Part shown: piece after piece, positions 39,563 to 49,824 of the stretch | Layout: every line of letters begins with the position of its first letter | How positions within the stretch are numbered: the first letter of the stretch is position 1 | NCBI GenBank assembly: GCA_040776885.1 | Contig: JAXGZR010000004.1 | Coordinates: 240,320-304,319, forward strand | Reading direction: 5' to 3' | DNA length: 64,000 bases | DNA from: Desulfobulbus sp. | GTDB taxonomy: Bacteria > Desulfobacterota > Desulfobulbia > Desulfobulbales > Desulfobulbaceae | Notes under the pieces: generated by a model | What the model was told of the DNA's origin: nothing | What the model saw: the letters and a program-made list of their open reading frames with translations, nothing else | Database searches by the model: none | Made by a program: the position numbers and the translations under genes

Positions 39563-41998
39563 ATGACAGCACCTGAGACCTACGAACAGCTGGATCTTTT
39601 TTATCTTGGCCGTGAGCTGGATCCCACAAGCGGCAAGGAGAGTGCCATTCCGCTGTTGGTGAAAAATCGGCACCTGACCACCCATGCCGCCATCATCGGC
39701 ATGACAGGTAGTGGTAAGACCGGGCTGGGCATTGCGCTCTTGGAAGAGGCTGCCATCGACGGTATTCCGGCCATTGTCATCGATCCCAAGGGCGATATGG
39801 GTAATCTTTTGCTCACTTTTCCAGATTTGGCTCCAACGGATTTCGAGCCCTGGGTTGATCCCGAAGCAGCGGCCCGTAAAAAAATGACGATACAGGAATG
39901 GGCCGCGCACACTGCCACCAGCTGGCAACAGGGTCTGACCAGTTGGGATCAGGATGGCAGCCGTATCCGCCGTCTGCGGGAGAGCGCCGATTTTGCCGTG
40001 TACAGTCCGGGTAGTTCCGCTGGTCGCATGGTATCCATTGTCGACAGCCTGGCGGCGCCACCTGCGGATGTGCTGGCTGATCAGGATATGCTTACGGAAC
40101 TGGTCAATGTTTCGGTTTCTTCCCTGCTGGGGCTGCTCGGTATCGAGGCCGATCCGATCAAGAGCCGGGAGCATGTGCTCCTGGCCACCATTTTACTCAA
40201 TGCCTGGGAAAGGGGAGAATCCCTGAATTTTGCCTCCCTGATTGGGGCGGTGGCGCAGCCGCCTTTTGCCCAAATTGGTGTTTTCCCGGTGGATGCCTTT
40301 TATCCTCCCAACAAGCGTATGGAGTTGGCCATGCAGTTCAATACACTGGTGGCGAGCCCCTCCTTCAACAACTGGATGCAGGGAGAGCCGTTGCAGATTG
40401 AAAATTTTCTGTACACCGCTAGCGGCAAACCGCGCATCAGTATTTTTTCCATTGCCCACCTCAGTGATGGGGAACGCATGTTTTTTGTCACCCTGCTGCT
40501 GGGCCGCTTGCTTGGCTGGATGCGGCGGCAGGAGGGCAGTACCGGCCTGCGCGCCATGTTGTATATGGACGAAATCTTTGGCTACTTTCCGCCAACAGCC
40601 AACCCACCCTCCAAAAAACCCATGCTGCTTTTGCTCAAGCAGGCGCGCGCCTTTGGCCTGGGGGTGGTGTTGTCCACGCAAAATCCGGTTGACCTGGATT
40701 ACAAAGGCCTGGCAAACATTGGCACCTGGTTTGTTGGTCGTCTGCAAACCAGGCAGGATCAAGATCGGGTGGTGGCCGGCATGGGCGGTGGCAGCGCCAA
40801 ATTTGATGCCAACAGGATCCGCAACCTGCTGGCCGGCCTTAAGGAGCGCTCGTTTCTTTTATATTCGGCCCACCGGAACGAACCAGTCCTGTTTACCACC
40901 CGCTGGGTGATGTCGTATCTTAAGGGCCCCATCTCCCTGGTCGAACTGGCCCGTTTGGCACCTGGCGCGGCACAGCCGGCCGCAGCCGAACAAACAGCAA
41001 CAACTCCTGTTGGAGCAAGCATGGATGGGACACTTTCCTTTAGCGCGGTCAGGCCGCCTCTTGCCGGCAGTATCATACAATACTATGTGCCCTCGCCCAT
41101 GCCAGCGGCAGAACAGCAGTACAGCGCCTCTCTTTTGGGGCTGGCTGCGGTGCGCAATGTGGATCAACGCAGGGGAATTGACCAAATTACGGAAATCCGC
41201 CTGCAAGTGGCCCTGCCCCAGGCCGGCGAAGGGGCAAGCTGGGAAAGGGCGCAGGCCTTTCCCATCACAGTTGAGCAGTTGCAGAGCGAGGCACCAGAGT
41301 CAGTACTTTTTGCCGATCTTCCGGCAGATATGAAGGTGCGTAAAAATTTCAACGACGAGGAAAAACGCCTGGCTGATCATCTTTACCGTACCCAATTGCT
41401 GCGTATTTTTCGGGTAAAGGAGCTGGGGCTGGAATCTGCACCAGAGGAGGCAGAGCAGGACTTCAGGCAGCGTATCGCCAGCGCGTTGGCAGCCAAAAAA
41501 GAAGCTGCCATCACCACCCTGGAGCAGGTCTATGGTAAAAAGCAGCAACAACTGCAAGATCGACTGCAACGGGCTGAGGCCAGGCTCGATAAGGAGCAAA
41601 GCGATGTGCGGGCCAAGGGCATGGAAACGGCCATCTCTGTTGGTTCGGCTATTCTGGGAGCCTTTTTGGGAAGAAAGGCGCTGAGCTCCACCACGGCCAA
41701 TAAATCGGTGCGGGGAGTACGCAATGCCGGCCAGTTGTTGAAGGAGCGGCAGGATGTGCAGTTGGCCCAGAATGAGGTGTCGCGCCTGGAGCAAGAGTTA
41801 CAAACCATGGTGGCCGAGTTGCAACAAAAGGTGCAGGAACTTAGCACTGGTTGGGATCCCGCCTTGGTCGAGCTTGAAACCGTGGCGATAGCACCCAGGA
41901 AAAGCGATATTTATGATGTTCGTGTCTGCCTGCTCTGGGAGCCAGTGCTGGATTTTTCGCCCAAGGAAGGCGCGCAGTTGCCGGTGCAGAGCGCCTGA
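39563..41998 (+). CDS. HerA-like (DUF87/DUF853-type) P-loop ATPase with C-terminal coiled coil
   Basis: THAAIIGMTGSGKT, VIDPKGD, YMDEIFG, KQARAFGLG..LSTQNPVDLDYK; GAGG RBS. Confidence 0.85.
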   Translation: MTAPETYEQLDLFYLGRELDPTSGKESAIPLLVKNRHLTTHAAIIGMTGSGKTGLGIALLEEAAIDGIPAIVIDPKGDMGNLLLTFPDLAPTDFEPWVDPEAAARKKMTIQEWAAHTATSWQQGLTSWDQDGSRIRRLRESADFAVYSPGSSAGRMVSIVDSLAAPPADVLADQDMLTELVNVSVSSLLGLLGIEADPIKSREHVLLATILLNAWERGESLNFASLIGAVAQPPFAQIGVFPVDAFYPPNKRMELAMQFNTLVASPSFNNWMQGEPLQIENFLYTASGKPRISIFSIAHLSDGERMFFVTLLLGRLLGWMRRQEGSTGLRAMLYMDEIFGYFPPTANPPSKKPMLLLLKQARAFGLGVVLSTQNPVDLDYKGLANIGTWFVGRLQTRQDQDRVVAGMGGGSAKFDANRIRNLLAGLKERSFLLYSAHRNEPVLFTTRWVMSYLKGPISLVELARLAPGAAQPAAAEQTATTPVGASMDGTLSFSAVRPPLAGSIIQYYVPSPMPAAEQQYSASLLGLAAVRNVDQRRGIDQITEIRLQVALPQAGEGASWERAQAFPITVEQLQSEAPESVLFADLPADMKVRKNFNDEEKRLADHLYRTQLLRIFRVKELGLESAPEEAEQDFRQRIASALAAKKEAAITTLEQVYGKKQQQLQDRLQRAEARLDKEQSDVRAKGMETAISVGSAILGAFLGRKALSSTTANKSVRGVRNAGQLLKERQDVQLAQNEVSRLEQELQTMVAELQQKVQELSTGWDPALVELETVAIAPRKSDIYDVRVCLLWEPVLDFSPKEGAQLPVQSA

Positions 41999-42111
41999 TC
42001 AACCAGAGATGATTTTGAGCTATTCTTCTACCATCAGTTCCAGCACGTGGCAGCCAAAAAGGACGGAGTAGTTGGATCAGGGAGTTGGTGGGATAGAGCA
42101 ATTGTGTCAGG

Positions 42112-42729
42112 TTAGGCTGTGTCTGGAAGCGGTGCACTGCCCGGCCGAATGAACCGATGCGCCAACAAGCTGTGAACGATGGCCTGGACAGGCAGACCAA
42201 TGACATTGGTGCAGGAACCATCTATCGAGGCAACCAGAAAGGCGCCCGCTCCCTGAATGGCATAGGCACCAGCTTTGTCCAGCGGTTCCTTGGTGTTGGC
42301 GTAGGCCGCCAGGGTGTCCTGGTTGAAATGACCGAAACGAACACGGGTCGTCGCATGGTCATGCAGCAGCACGCCGTGGCCCCGAGCCTGGAGCGCATAG
42401 CCGGTAATGACGCTATGGGTCTTGCCGTTGAGTAGTTCAAGAAAGCGCAGAGCTTCCCTATGGTTGGCCGGTTTACCCAGGATGCGGCCGTCAATGGTGA
42501 CCACGGTATCTGCGCCAATGACACAGGCTGCTGCATCCTGCGTAGTTGCAACCTCTGCGGCCTTGGCCTCTGCCATGCGTACGGCAAAGGCTGCGGGTGT
42601 CTCGCCGACCAACGGGGTCTCATCAATGGTGGCGGGAATACACGTACAGTGCAGGCCAAGGGCTGCAAATAGTTGCTGCCTTCTGGGCGAGGCAGAAGCA
42701 AGGATGAGCGGGCAGGTGGCAATAAACAT
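42112..42729 (-). CDS. maf: Maf family nucleoside triphosphate pyrophosphatase
   Basis: ILASASPRR, IDET, KA, IGADTVV, LGKP, DKAGAYAIQG, NVIGLP. Confidence 0.93.
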   Translation of the reverse strand: MFIATCPLILASASPRRQQLFAALGLHCTCIPATIDETPLVGETPAAFAVRMAEAKAAEVATTQDAAACVIGADTVVTIDGRILGKPANHREALRFLELLNGKTHSVITGYALQARGHGVLLHDHATTRVRFGHFNQDTLAAYANTKEPLDKAGAYAIQGAGAFLVASIDGSCTNVIGLPVQAIVHSLLAHRFIRPGSAPLPDTA

Positions 42730-42747
42730 ACAAACAGGTTGTGTGGT

Positions 42748-43527
42748 CTAGGCAGAGAATGGATAATGGACCTCTTCCAGGAAAAGACCGCAGGCAGGTG
42801 CTGTCTGTCCAGCGGCCTTTCTATCCTTGGCTGCAAGGATCTGTGCCACGCTCTCTGGTGAACGTTTCCCTTGGCCGACTTCAATGATCGTACCGGCAAT
42901 GATGCGCACCATTTGCCGGAGGAAGCCATCGCCTTGCAGGCGGAGCGACCAGCCATATGCCATTTGCGTCATGGGCTGGCATTCTGCCTGCATCAGGGTG
43001 CGTACTGCGCCGCGGCCGCCGGGGTTTGACAGGTCGCGTGAGCCAGAGCGTTCGAAGCTGGAAAAATCGTGCGTACCCAGGAGTTGCCCCAGGGCTTGTC
43101 GGGCTGGTTCAGGATCAAAAGCACCTGGTAGGTGAGCCATGTACAGGCGGTGTGTGGGCAGCATTACCGGCTCTGTATAGAAATCGTAGCGGTAGGTTTT
43201 TGCCCAGGCGCTGAAGCGACTGTGGAAGCCGGTGGCTGCCTCCTGGGCGTTTAAGATGCGGATGTCTGGCGGTAGGAGGGAATTGAGGCCCTTGGAAAAG
43301 GCCGCAAGCGGATGGCCTACCGAGGTGTGGAAATGGGCCACCATGCCCTGGGCATGCACGCCTGCATCGGTGCGGCCAGCGCCATGCACGGTGGGGAAAT
43401 GGCCGCACAGGGTGTGCAGGCACTTTTCCAGGGTTGCTTGCACGGTTACCTCGCCCTGGCGTTGCCGCTGCCAACCGCAGTAAGCGCTGCCATCATAGGC
43501 GATCAGCAGTCGGATAATTCGCTTCAT
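42748..43527 (-). CDS. truA: tRNA pseudouridine(38-40) synthase
   Basis: AYDGSAYCGWQRQ, GAGRTDAGVHA, KTYRY, GFLRQMVR, TAPACGLFL. Confidence 0.95.
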   Translation of the reverse strand: MKRIIRLLIAYDGSAYCGWQRQRQGEVTVQATLEKCLHTLCGHFPTVHGAGRTDAGVHAQGMVAHFHTSVGHPLAAFSKGLNSLLPPDIRILNAQEAATGFHSRFSAWAKTYRYDFYTEPVMLPTHRLYMAHLPGAFDPEPARQALGQLLGTHDFSSFERSGSRDLSNPGGRGAVRTLMQAECQPMTQMAYGWSLRLQGDGFLRQMVRIIAGTIIEVGQGKRSPESVAQILAAKDRKAAGQTAPACGLFLEEVHYPFSA

Positions 43528-44567
43528 CAGGGGAAGAAGGCAGCTCCCATCAGGGCTGTTTCTTCGGCAAAACCATTCATCAGGTTCATGTTCTGCACGG
43601 CCTGGCCGGAAGCACCCTTGCCGATATTGTCAATAGCCGAGGTGATGATGATCCGCCCAGTGCGCGTATCGTGCTGCAGAGCGATATCGCAGCAGTTGGT
43701 GCCGCGCACATGCTGAGTGGCAGGCTGCTGTCCTGCGGGCAAAACCCGAACAAAAGGCTCGCTGCCATAGGTTTCGTTGTAGAGTTCCTGCAGGTCGGCT
43801 GCTTTGCCTGCCTCGCTCAAGGAGGCGTAGATGGTGCTGAGGATACCGCGTGAAATGGGCAAAAGGTGCGGGGTGAAGGAAATCCGTACAGCGCTTTGTG
43901 CGGCCAGGCTCAGCTCCTGCTCTATTTCCGGGATATGACGATGCACGCCGCCAACCTTGTAGGCTTTGAAGCTGTCGGCCACTTCACAGTAGAGGTTGGC
44001 CACACTCGCAGCGCGGCCGGCCCCAGAAGTGCCTGATTTGGCATCAGCAATAATGGTGGCTGGATCAATGAACCCGGCGCGCAACAGCGGTGCCAGGGCC
44101 AGAATGATGGAGGTGGGGTAGCAGCCCGGGTTGGCCACCAGGCGTGCGCGTCGGATATCGTCCCGGTAGAGTTCCGGCAGGCCATACACTGCCTCGGCCA
44201 GCAGTTGTGGGCTGCTATGCGGCTGATACCACTCTTCGTACAGTGCCTGGTCGTGGATGCGGTAGTCTGCACTGAGATCCACCACCTTTTTTCCAGCGGC
44301 CAGCAGCTGGGGTACGATGTCCATGGCGGTTTTATGGGGAACCGCGGTGAAGAAAAAATCAGCACGGTGGATCAGTTCATCTACGCCGAGATTTTCGCAA
44401 CGGATATCAATGCGCTTGTTCAGGCTGGGGAAGACTTCGGCAATGGTTTTGCCTGCGTATTGGCGTGAGGTCGCCACACAGAGTCGCACCTGCGGATGGC
44501 CGGCCAGGATGCGGATGAGTTCCACCCCGGTGTAGCCCGAAGCACCTATGATGCCAACATCTAACAT
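43527..44567 (-). CDS. argC: N-acetyl-gamma-glutamyl-phosphate reductase
   Basis: [47 protein letters not shown]. Confidence 0.96.
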   Translation of the reverse strand: MLDVGIIGASGYTGVELIRILAGHPQVRLCVATSRQYAGKTIAEVFPSLNKRIDIRCENLGVDELIHRADFFFTAVPHKTAMDIVPQLLAAGKKVVDLSADYRIHDQALYEEWYQPHSSPQLLAEAVYGLPELYRDDIRRARLVANPGCYPTSIILALAPLLRAGFIDPATIIADAKSGTSGAGRAASVANLYCEVADSFKAYKVGGVHRHIPEIEQELSLAAQSAVRISFTPHLLPISRGILSTIYASLSEAGKAADLQELYNETYGSEPFVRVLPAGQQPATQHVRGTNCCDIALQHDTRTGRIIITSAIDNIGKGASGQAVQNMNLMNGFAEETALMGAAFFP

Positions 44568-44730
44568 AATTCTTTCCTCACAAAAAAATTGGTGGCGCGC
44601 CTGGCCTGTATGGAATTGGTGATTTTATCGACAAGGCAGTTATCTCTTTTGCATGACTTGATGTTCGACCGGCAGTGGGCTTATTTCCTGCATAGATGGA
44701 CTGCATTTGGCCAGCATACAAAAAAACACA

Positions 44731-44768
44731 AAAAAAGGAATAACGAGCACGCTCGTTATTCCTTTTTT
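44731..44768. terminator. Bidirectional intrinsic terminator after rpsI
   Basis: AAAAAAGGAATAACGAGC-AC-GCTCGTTATTCCTTTTTT perfect inverted repeat. Confidence 0.85.
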
Positions 44769-44809
44769 GGTCAGATAAAGAGTTCGCAGAAAGATGCGGT
44801 TCTTGCTGA

Positions 44810-45202
44810 TTAACGTTTGGAGAACTGGAAACGGGCGCGGGCACCGCGAAGTCCGTATTTTTTACGCTCCTTGGCCCGGGGGTCACGGGTGAGCAGGCCA
44901 GCCTTTTTGAGCGGCAGCCGCATCTCCGGATTGAGTTCTTGCAGAGCACGGGCAATGCCATGCACCAGTGCATCTACCTGGGCAGATTTACCGCCGCCCG
45001 TCATCGTGGCCACCACATCGAACTGATCCATTGTTTCAGTAACGACAAAGGGGTGGGCTACCTTGGGTTCAAAGTAGATGTTACCAAAATATTCGGCCAC
45101 CGGCATTTTATTGACCGTTACTTGCCCGCTGCCTGGGCTAATCCAAACACGGGCGGTCGCAGTCTTTCTTTTACCAGTTGCGTAGGTTTTTTCCTGAGCC
45201 AT
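44810..45202 (-). CDS. rpsI: 30S ribosomal protein S9
   Basis: TGKRKTATARV, GGGKSAQ, LTRDPRAKERKKYGLRGARARFQFSKR. Confidence 0.98.
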   Translation of the reverse strand: MAQEKTYATGKRKTATARVWISPGSGQVTVNKMPVAEYFGNIYFEPKVAHPFVVTETMDQFDVVATMTGGGKSAQVDALVHGIARALQELNPEMRLPLKKAGLLTRDPRAKERKKYGLRGARARFQFSKR

Positions 45203-45226
45203 GTATGTGCGCTCCCTTGAACAGGT

Positions 45227-45658
45227 TTAGCTGATCTCGTAGATTTCTGGTTTTTGCGCTTGGTGTGGGTGCTCTTTGCCAGCGTAAATTTTCAGCTTTT
45301 TCAGCTGAGCCCGGCCAAGTTTGTTTTTGGGCAACATGCCCTGCACCGCCTTGCGGATCAATTCCTCGGGCTTCTTGGTGAGTATTTCACGCGCAGTCTG
45401 CTCTTTAATACCGCCGGGATAGCCAGAGTGGCGGTAGTAGAATTTTTTGTCCAGCTTACCGCCTGTCAGGTGAACACGCTCGGCATTGACCACAATGACG
45501 AAATCGCCATTATCCTGAAAGTTGCAGAAAGTCGGTTTGTGCTTGCCCCGCAGAAGCGTGGCAATCTCGGTGGCGATACGTCCCAACACCTTGCCGTCGG
45601 CATCGGCCACATACCACTTCCGTTCAATTTCATCGACCGGTGTGTAATAGGTTTTCAT
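45227..45658 (-). CDS. rplM: 50S ribosomal protein L13
   Basis: [40 protein letters not shown]. Confidence 0.98.
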   Translation of the reverse strand: MKTYYTPVDEIERKWYVADADGKVLGRIATEIATLLRGKHKPTFCNFQDNGDFVIVVNAERVHLTGGKLDKKFYYRHSGYPGGIKEQTAREILTKKPEELIRKAVQGMLPKNKLGRAQLKKLKIYAGKEHPHQAQKPEIYEIS

Positions 45659-45678
45659 CTGCTTTGCATCCTGACTAG

Positions 45679-45708
45679 AAAAAAAGGCTCGAACAACGGT
45701 TCGAGCCT
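45679..45708 (-). terminator. Terminator-like hairpin between tRNA-Gly and rplM
   Basis: Minus strand AGGCTCGAAC-CGTT-GTTCGAGCCT followed by TTTTTT. Confidence 0.7.
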
Positions 45709-45719
45709 GGAACCTTTTA

Positions 45720-45794
<75 letters not shown>

Positions 45795-45819
45795 CTGCAA
45801 TGAAACATAGCAGAAGACG

Positions 45820-45849
45820 ACTATAGTCTTTTCTTTCTGGTGATGTCAA
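45820..45849 (-). promoter_or_regulatory. Sigma70 promoter of tRNA-Gly
   Basis: TTGACA-18-TATAGT on the minus strand with an A/T-rich upstream tract. Confidence 0.7.
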
Positions 45850-46098
45850 TAAAAAAGTTTATTTCGCATGCAAACAAGCTGTTCTTTTGCCAGCAATGCG
45901 GCCAGGGCAGAGGTCAAGCTGGAAAATATGCAGACCGCTATTCCTGGGTTATCCTGTGTACAAGACAGGCAGATATTGAATCCCGCCGAGAAATTCGCTA
46001 GAGTGCCAGGATATTCTGGAAGCGATGCATGGTCCAGCGCAGTGTCGGTCCATGGTTATGCCTTCCGTCCAATTGCCTGTAGAGTCCCAGGAGAATAT

Positions 46099-46698
46099 AT
46101 GAACGACCAGGCCCGGCGCAGCGCACGTGTAGAGCGAATCACCCGCGAAACCGATATTCGGCTCAGTCTTGCCCTTGATGGTAGCGGGCGGGCTGAAGTG
46201 GGCAGCGGTGTCGGCTTTATGGATCATATGCTGACGCTTCTGGTTGTGCACGGTTTTTTCGATTTGACGCTCCAGGTCCGTGGGGATACCCATATTGATG
46301 ACCACCACAGTGTGGAAGATTCGGGTATCTGTCTTGGCCAGGCCTTTGCCAAGGCCCTGGGCGATAAAGGGGGGATCTGCCGCTACGGTCATGCCTACGT
46401 GCCCATGGACGAGACCTTGGCCAGGGTGTGTCTTGATTTGTCCAATCGACCCTATTTGCACTACCAGACCCCGCCTTTACCAGAAAAAATAGGCACTTTT
46501 GACAGTTGCCTGGCTAGGGAGTTTTTGCGGGCCTTTTCCTTGCACGCAGGCTGTACCCTCCATGTGGACGTGCTCCACGGCGAGGATGGGCACCATATTA
46601 TTGAAGCTGTCTTCAAGGCCTTAGGTCAAGCCCTGCGTCAGGCAACCACGCTCCTGCCAGGCCTGGCAGGACAGCTTTCCTCCAAAGGAACACTATAA
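46099..46698 (+). CDS. hisB: Imidazoleglycerol-phosphate dehydratase
   Basis: RITRETDI, FMDHML, DDHHSVED, PMDETL, GHHIIEAVFKA, SSKGTL. Confidence 0.95.
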   Translation: MNDQARRSARVERITRETDIRLSLALDGSGRAEVGSGVGFMDHMLTLLVVHGFFDLTLQVRGDTHIDDHHSVEDSGICLGQAFAKALGDKGGICRYGHAYVPMDETLARVCLDLSNRPYLHYQTPPLPEKIGTFDSCLAREFLRAFSLHAGCTLHVDVLHGEDGHHIIEAVFKALGQALRQATTLLPGLAGQLSSKGTL

Positions 46699-46877
46699 GT
46701 GCCGCGTCTTCTATACAGGTGATGACCAGGTGACAAAGTAGATGTATAGTCCATGTACAGTCGGTCTACCTGCTGTGTCGTGGTATTGTATTGATATGTT
46801 TTGGTATACATTTGCAAAACAGGATTCCATTTCAGACCCATGCTTAGTACACCCCCACCTGGACAGGGAGGTCCACC

Positions 46878-47534
46878 GTGATAGCACAACGTTTCTTGCT
46901 TTTTGGCGCCATGCTAGGCGCCTTGATTTTGACCGCAGCCTGTGCCTCAACCACCGCTGATACGCAGCACCCGGCAGCTTCAGCAACAGGCAAGGCTGCA
47001 GCGCCTGTGGTGAGCTGTTTTGGCGTTTTGCCGGTGCAGGTGTCGTTGGCAGATGATGTCCTGCTCTCGGCTGATGAAGAAAAAAATCTTACGGCCGGGG
47101 CTACGGTGGTGGATACCGTCCTGCACGAGGTCCTCAGCAACAACAGCAAGGCGCGTTTTCTTGAGGCAGAACAGGTGATCGGGTTGCAATCGCCCGAGGC
47201 AGTAGTCAAACTTGCGGCCTCCCGTGAGGTGGCGCACAGTATAGGCTGCAACGCCATTCTGGAAACATCACTCAGCCGCTATATCGAGCGCGAAGGTGGG
47301 CCCTATGGCGTGCAGCAGCCAGCGGCAGTCACCTTGAGCTATCGTCTTTATGAAGTGGATAACGGCACGGTACTCTGCCATGGTCGTTTTGAAGAAGAGC
47401 AGCAGGCTTTGATGGACAATCTTTTTTCCATCGGTAAAGCCGGCCGCCGCGGTATGGCTTGGCTAACTGCAGAAGAGCTGACCCGTGATGGTTTGACCAG
47501 TAAACTGCACGAGTGCACGCATCTGGCCAAATAG
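46878..47534 (+). CDS. Putative lipoprotein
   Basis: Lipobox LTAAC; CsgG/penicillin-binding-activator-like fold guessed from YIEREGGPYGVQQPAAVT. GTG start after GGAGG. Confidence 0.7.
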   Translation: MIAQRFLLFGAMLGALILTAACASTTADTQHPAASATGKAAAPVVSCFGVLPVQVSLADDVLLSADEEKNLTAGATVVDTVLHEVLSNNSKARFLEAEQVIGLQSPEAVVKLAASREVAHSIGCNAILETSLSRYIEREGGPYGVQQPAAVTLSYRLYEVDNGTVLCHGRFEEEQQALMDNLFSIGKAGRRGMAWLTAEELTRDGLTSKLHECTHLAK

Positions 47535-47538
47535 CTCT

Positions 47539-48327
47539 GTGACGCAACACATACGGCTGCCGGACAAAACCAACCGGCTGGTGGGGCAGGCCATGCACGA
47601 CTATGGTATGCTCGCCAATGGCGACCGCGTGCTGGTGGCTGTTTCCGGTGGGGTGGATTCGCTGGTTCTGGTGCACCTGCTCCATGCCTGGCAACGTAAA
47701 GCGCCGATCAGCTACCAGCTTGTCGCTGTGCATGTAGATATGGACGCTTCCGAGCAGGGGCCAAGTGCGTTTGCCTGTGCCATCCGAGCGCAGTTGGCTA
47801 AAAATGGTCTTGAACTGAGTATTGTGGCGGCAAAGCGTCCACCTGTCCGCACTGTGGTGGGCAGCGAGACAGACGCAGCAGGTGAGCGGGTCGATGCCGG
47901 TGTTTGCTTTGTCTGCGCCCGTACCCGGCGCCTGCGTCTCTTTGCCGAGGCTCGCCATTTGGCATGTAACAAGATCGCCTTTGGTCATCACCAGGACGAT
48001 CTGATTGAAACCTTTTTGTTGAACCTGACCTGCGCAGGCAACATCAGTACCATGCGGCCCAGGCAGGATCTTTTTGAGGGACGACTGGCTCTGATCCGGC
48101 CACTTGCCTATGTAGAAAAACAAGATATCGAGCAGGTAGCCCTGATTAATGGGCTGGAAGCCATCCCGTCCAGCTGTCCACTGGGAGAAAGAACCCGGCG
48201 TAGTGACATGCGGCATTTGGCTGCTGAAATTTACAAGCGCATTCCCGGCTCCAAAAAAAATATGTTCGCTGCCCTGGGCAATGTGCGCAATGCCTATTTG
48301 CTCAACAACGGACGGATGGCTCGATGA
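47539..48327 (+). CDS. ttcA: tRNA 2-thiocytidine biosynthesis protein (TtcA family)
   Basis: VAVSGGVDS PP-loop, CFVCAR, GHHQDDLIET, IRPLAY, SCP. Confidence 0.8.
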   Translation: MTQHIRLPDKTNRLVGQAMHDYGMLANGDRVLVAVSGGVDSLVLVHLLHAWQRKAPISYQLVAVHVDMDASEQGPSAFACAIRAQLAKNGLELSIVAAKRPPVRTVVGSETDAAGERVDAGVCFVCARTRRLRLFAEARHLACNKIAFGHHQDDLIETFLLNLTCAGNISTMRPRQDLFEGRLALIRPLAYVEKQDIEQVALINGLEAIPSSCPLGERTRRSDMRHLAAEIYKRIPGSKKNMFAALGNVRNAYLLNNGRMAR

Positions 48328-48420
48328 AAAAGACAAGGGCACAGTGGCTGACTGCTGGAGCCTACCCGGGGCGGCATGCACGGCCAGCCTGCTGAGAAAT
48401 TTTTGCAACCAGGATGAGCC

Positions 48421-48894
48421 ATGGAACTTCTCCCAATAGCCCACCTCTTTCTGACCCAGGCCCAGAGTGCGGAAAACGCCTGCCGCCATGTGGAGCGTTT
48501 TCTCACCAATAATCCGCTGCTCAGCTATGATCGCCTGCATATTCTGGAGGAAGAGGCGAACCGGGCCGATGAAGAGGCCTTTTGGGATGCCATGGATGAG
48601 GGTTTGCTTGCCAACCGTTCCTTTGCCCACCGCATGGTCAGCCACCTGGAACAGGAGGGAGTGGAGAACCTGCGTCAGCTGGTGGACCTGCAACGCGGCT
48701 ATACCACCAAGGTGTTGCACACCTTGGTGCATTTGCTGGACGGCTTTATTGGTATAGATTCTGTCTTGTATAATCTGGTTGACGATAGCCACGATGTCAG
48801 TCATACCCTGCGTCGGACCATGCGCGACAACCCTTCCCGCTACTGGCTGGTGCGGGTGCGGGCGGGCAAAGTACGGGTCTCTGTCTTTAGTTGA
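48421..48894 (+). CDS. Hypothetical protein
   Basis: 157-aa ORF between co-oriented genes, protein-like composition; family not recognised. Confidence 0.75.
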   Translation: MELLPIAHLFLTQAQSAENACRHVERFLTNNPLLSYDRLHILEEEANRADEEAFWDAMDEGLLANRSFAHRMVSHLEQEGVENLRQLVDLQRGYTTKVLHTLVHLLDGFIGIDSVLYNLVDDSHDVSHTLRRTMRDNPSRYWLVRVRAGKVRVSVFS

Positions 48895-48943
48895 GCAAAA
48901 AAAATGCGATTGTAATGATGGTACGCTAAAGGGAAAAAAGATC

Positions 48944-49387
48944 ATGAATACAATTCGTCTCTGTTTGGGTTGCGGAGCAAAAAACCGGGTGCCGCAAGAC
49001 AAGGCGCACCTCCGCTCCAAGTGCGGCAAATGCGGCGCATCCCTGATGGGTGCGCCCCTTGCCGATCAAGTGAATGCACTCGGCGACAGCGAATTTACCG
49101 AGCACGTACAGCAAAGCACCCTCCCTGTACTGGTGGATTTTTATTCACCCACCTGCGGTCCCTGTCAGATGCTGGCGCCTGTGCTAGACTCGCTTGCCGC
49201 ACGCTTTGCCGGTCGCTTAATCTTTTACAAAGTAAATACTGCTATCCATCAGGCCAATGCCGCGCGTTTTGGCATTCAGGGCGTACCCACTCTTATTTTC
49301 TTCCGGCAGGGCCATGAGGCAGACCGGCTTGTCGGTGCCATACCAGAGGCTGATTTGGCTCGCCGCATTGCGGCCTTTCTCGGCTGA
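48944..49387 (+). CDS. Thioredoxin with N-terminal Zn finger (TrxC type)
   Basis: CLGCGAKNRV...CGKCG; DFYSPTCGPC; IQGVPTL. Confidence 0.9.
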   Translation: MNTIRLCLGCGAKNRVPQDKAHLRSKCGKCGASLMGAPLADQVNALGDSEFTEHVQQSTLPVLVDFYSPTCGPCQMLAPVLDSLAARFAGRLIFYKVNTAIHQANAARFGIQGVPTLIFFRQGHEADRLVGAIPEADLARRIAAFLG

Positions 49388-49824
49388 TCCGACGTGGCTC
49401 CACAAATCACAAATATGATAACCTGCCTGGCTGGGCCGCAACATGCGCGGGTGACTTGGGCCCAAGGCTGCTTTGGCACATTCACATCCCACAACAAACC
49501 TGTGGGCAGGCAGTGCAACAGCTTTGACCCTGTGGCTGTACCTTTCTCCTCTGATCCACTTTCGGCCTATACCGTCCGGAGCTATTTTGTCCGGCGGCAG
49601 AGCCCCGTGTTTTCTGAGGCTGTTTTTTATCCCCGAATATCACTATGCCCATCTCCATGCTCTTCGAGCTCTACCTGGGGCGACGCGGCAGGTCTGTTTG
49701 AAGCAGAGGCAGGCCTTATCTGCCAGGACCGGGACGCGAACGCCCAAGACGATATGTGGGGTAAACATGAGACCTTCTTGGAAGAGAGAAAGCTGGTCAG
49801 GATACTGAAGGGACAGCAGAGATA

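Noticed and set aside
39413-40174. 468-aa minus-strand ORF 38768-40174
   Set aside because: The upstream 254 codons are the antisense shadow of the HerA-like gene; only the last 214 aa look real.
34253-41998. Prophage or integrative element around the gp4-like gene
   Set aside because: No integrase, structural genes or att repeats seen; flanks are housekeeping genes.
47329-49029. 566-aa minus-strand ORF
   Set aside because: Antisense to ttcA and neighbours; no motifs. The same applies to other long shadow ORFs such as 10757-11953 and 23808-25025.
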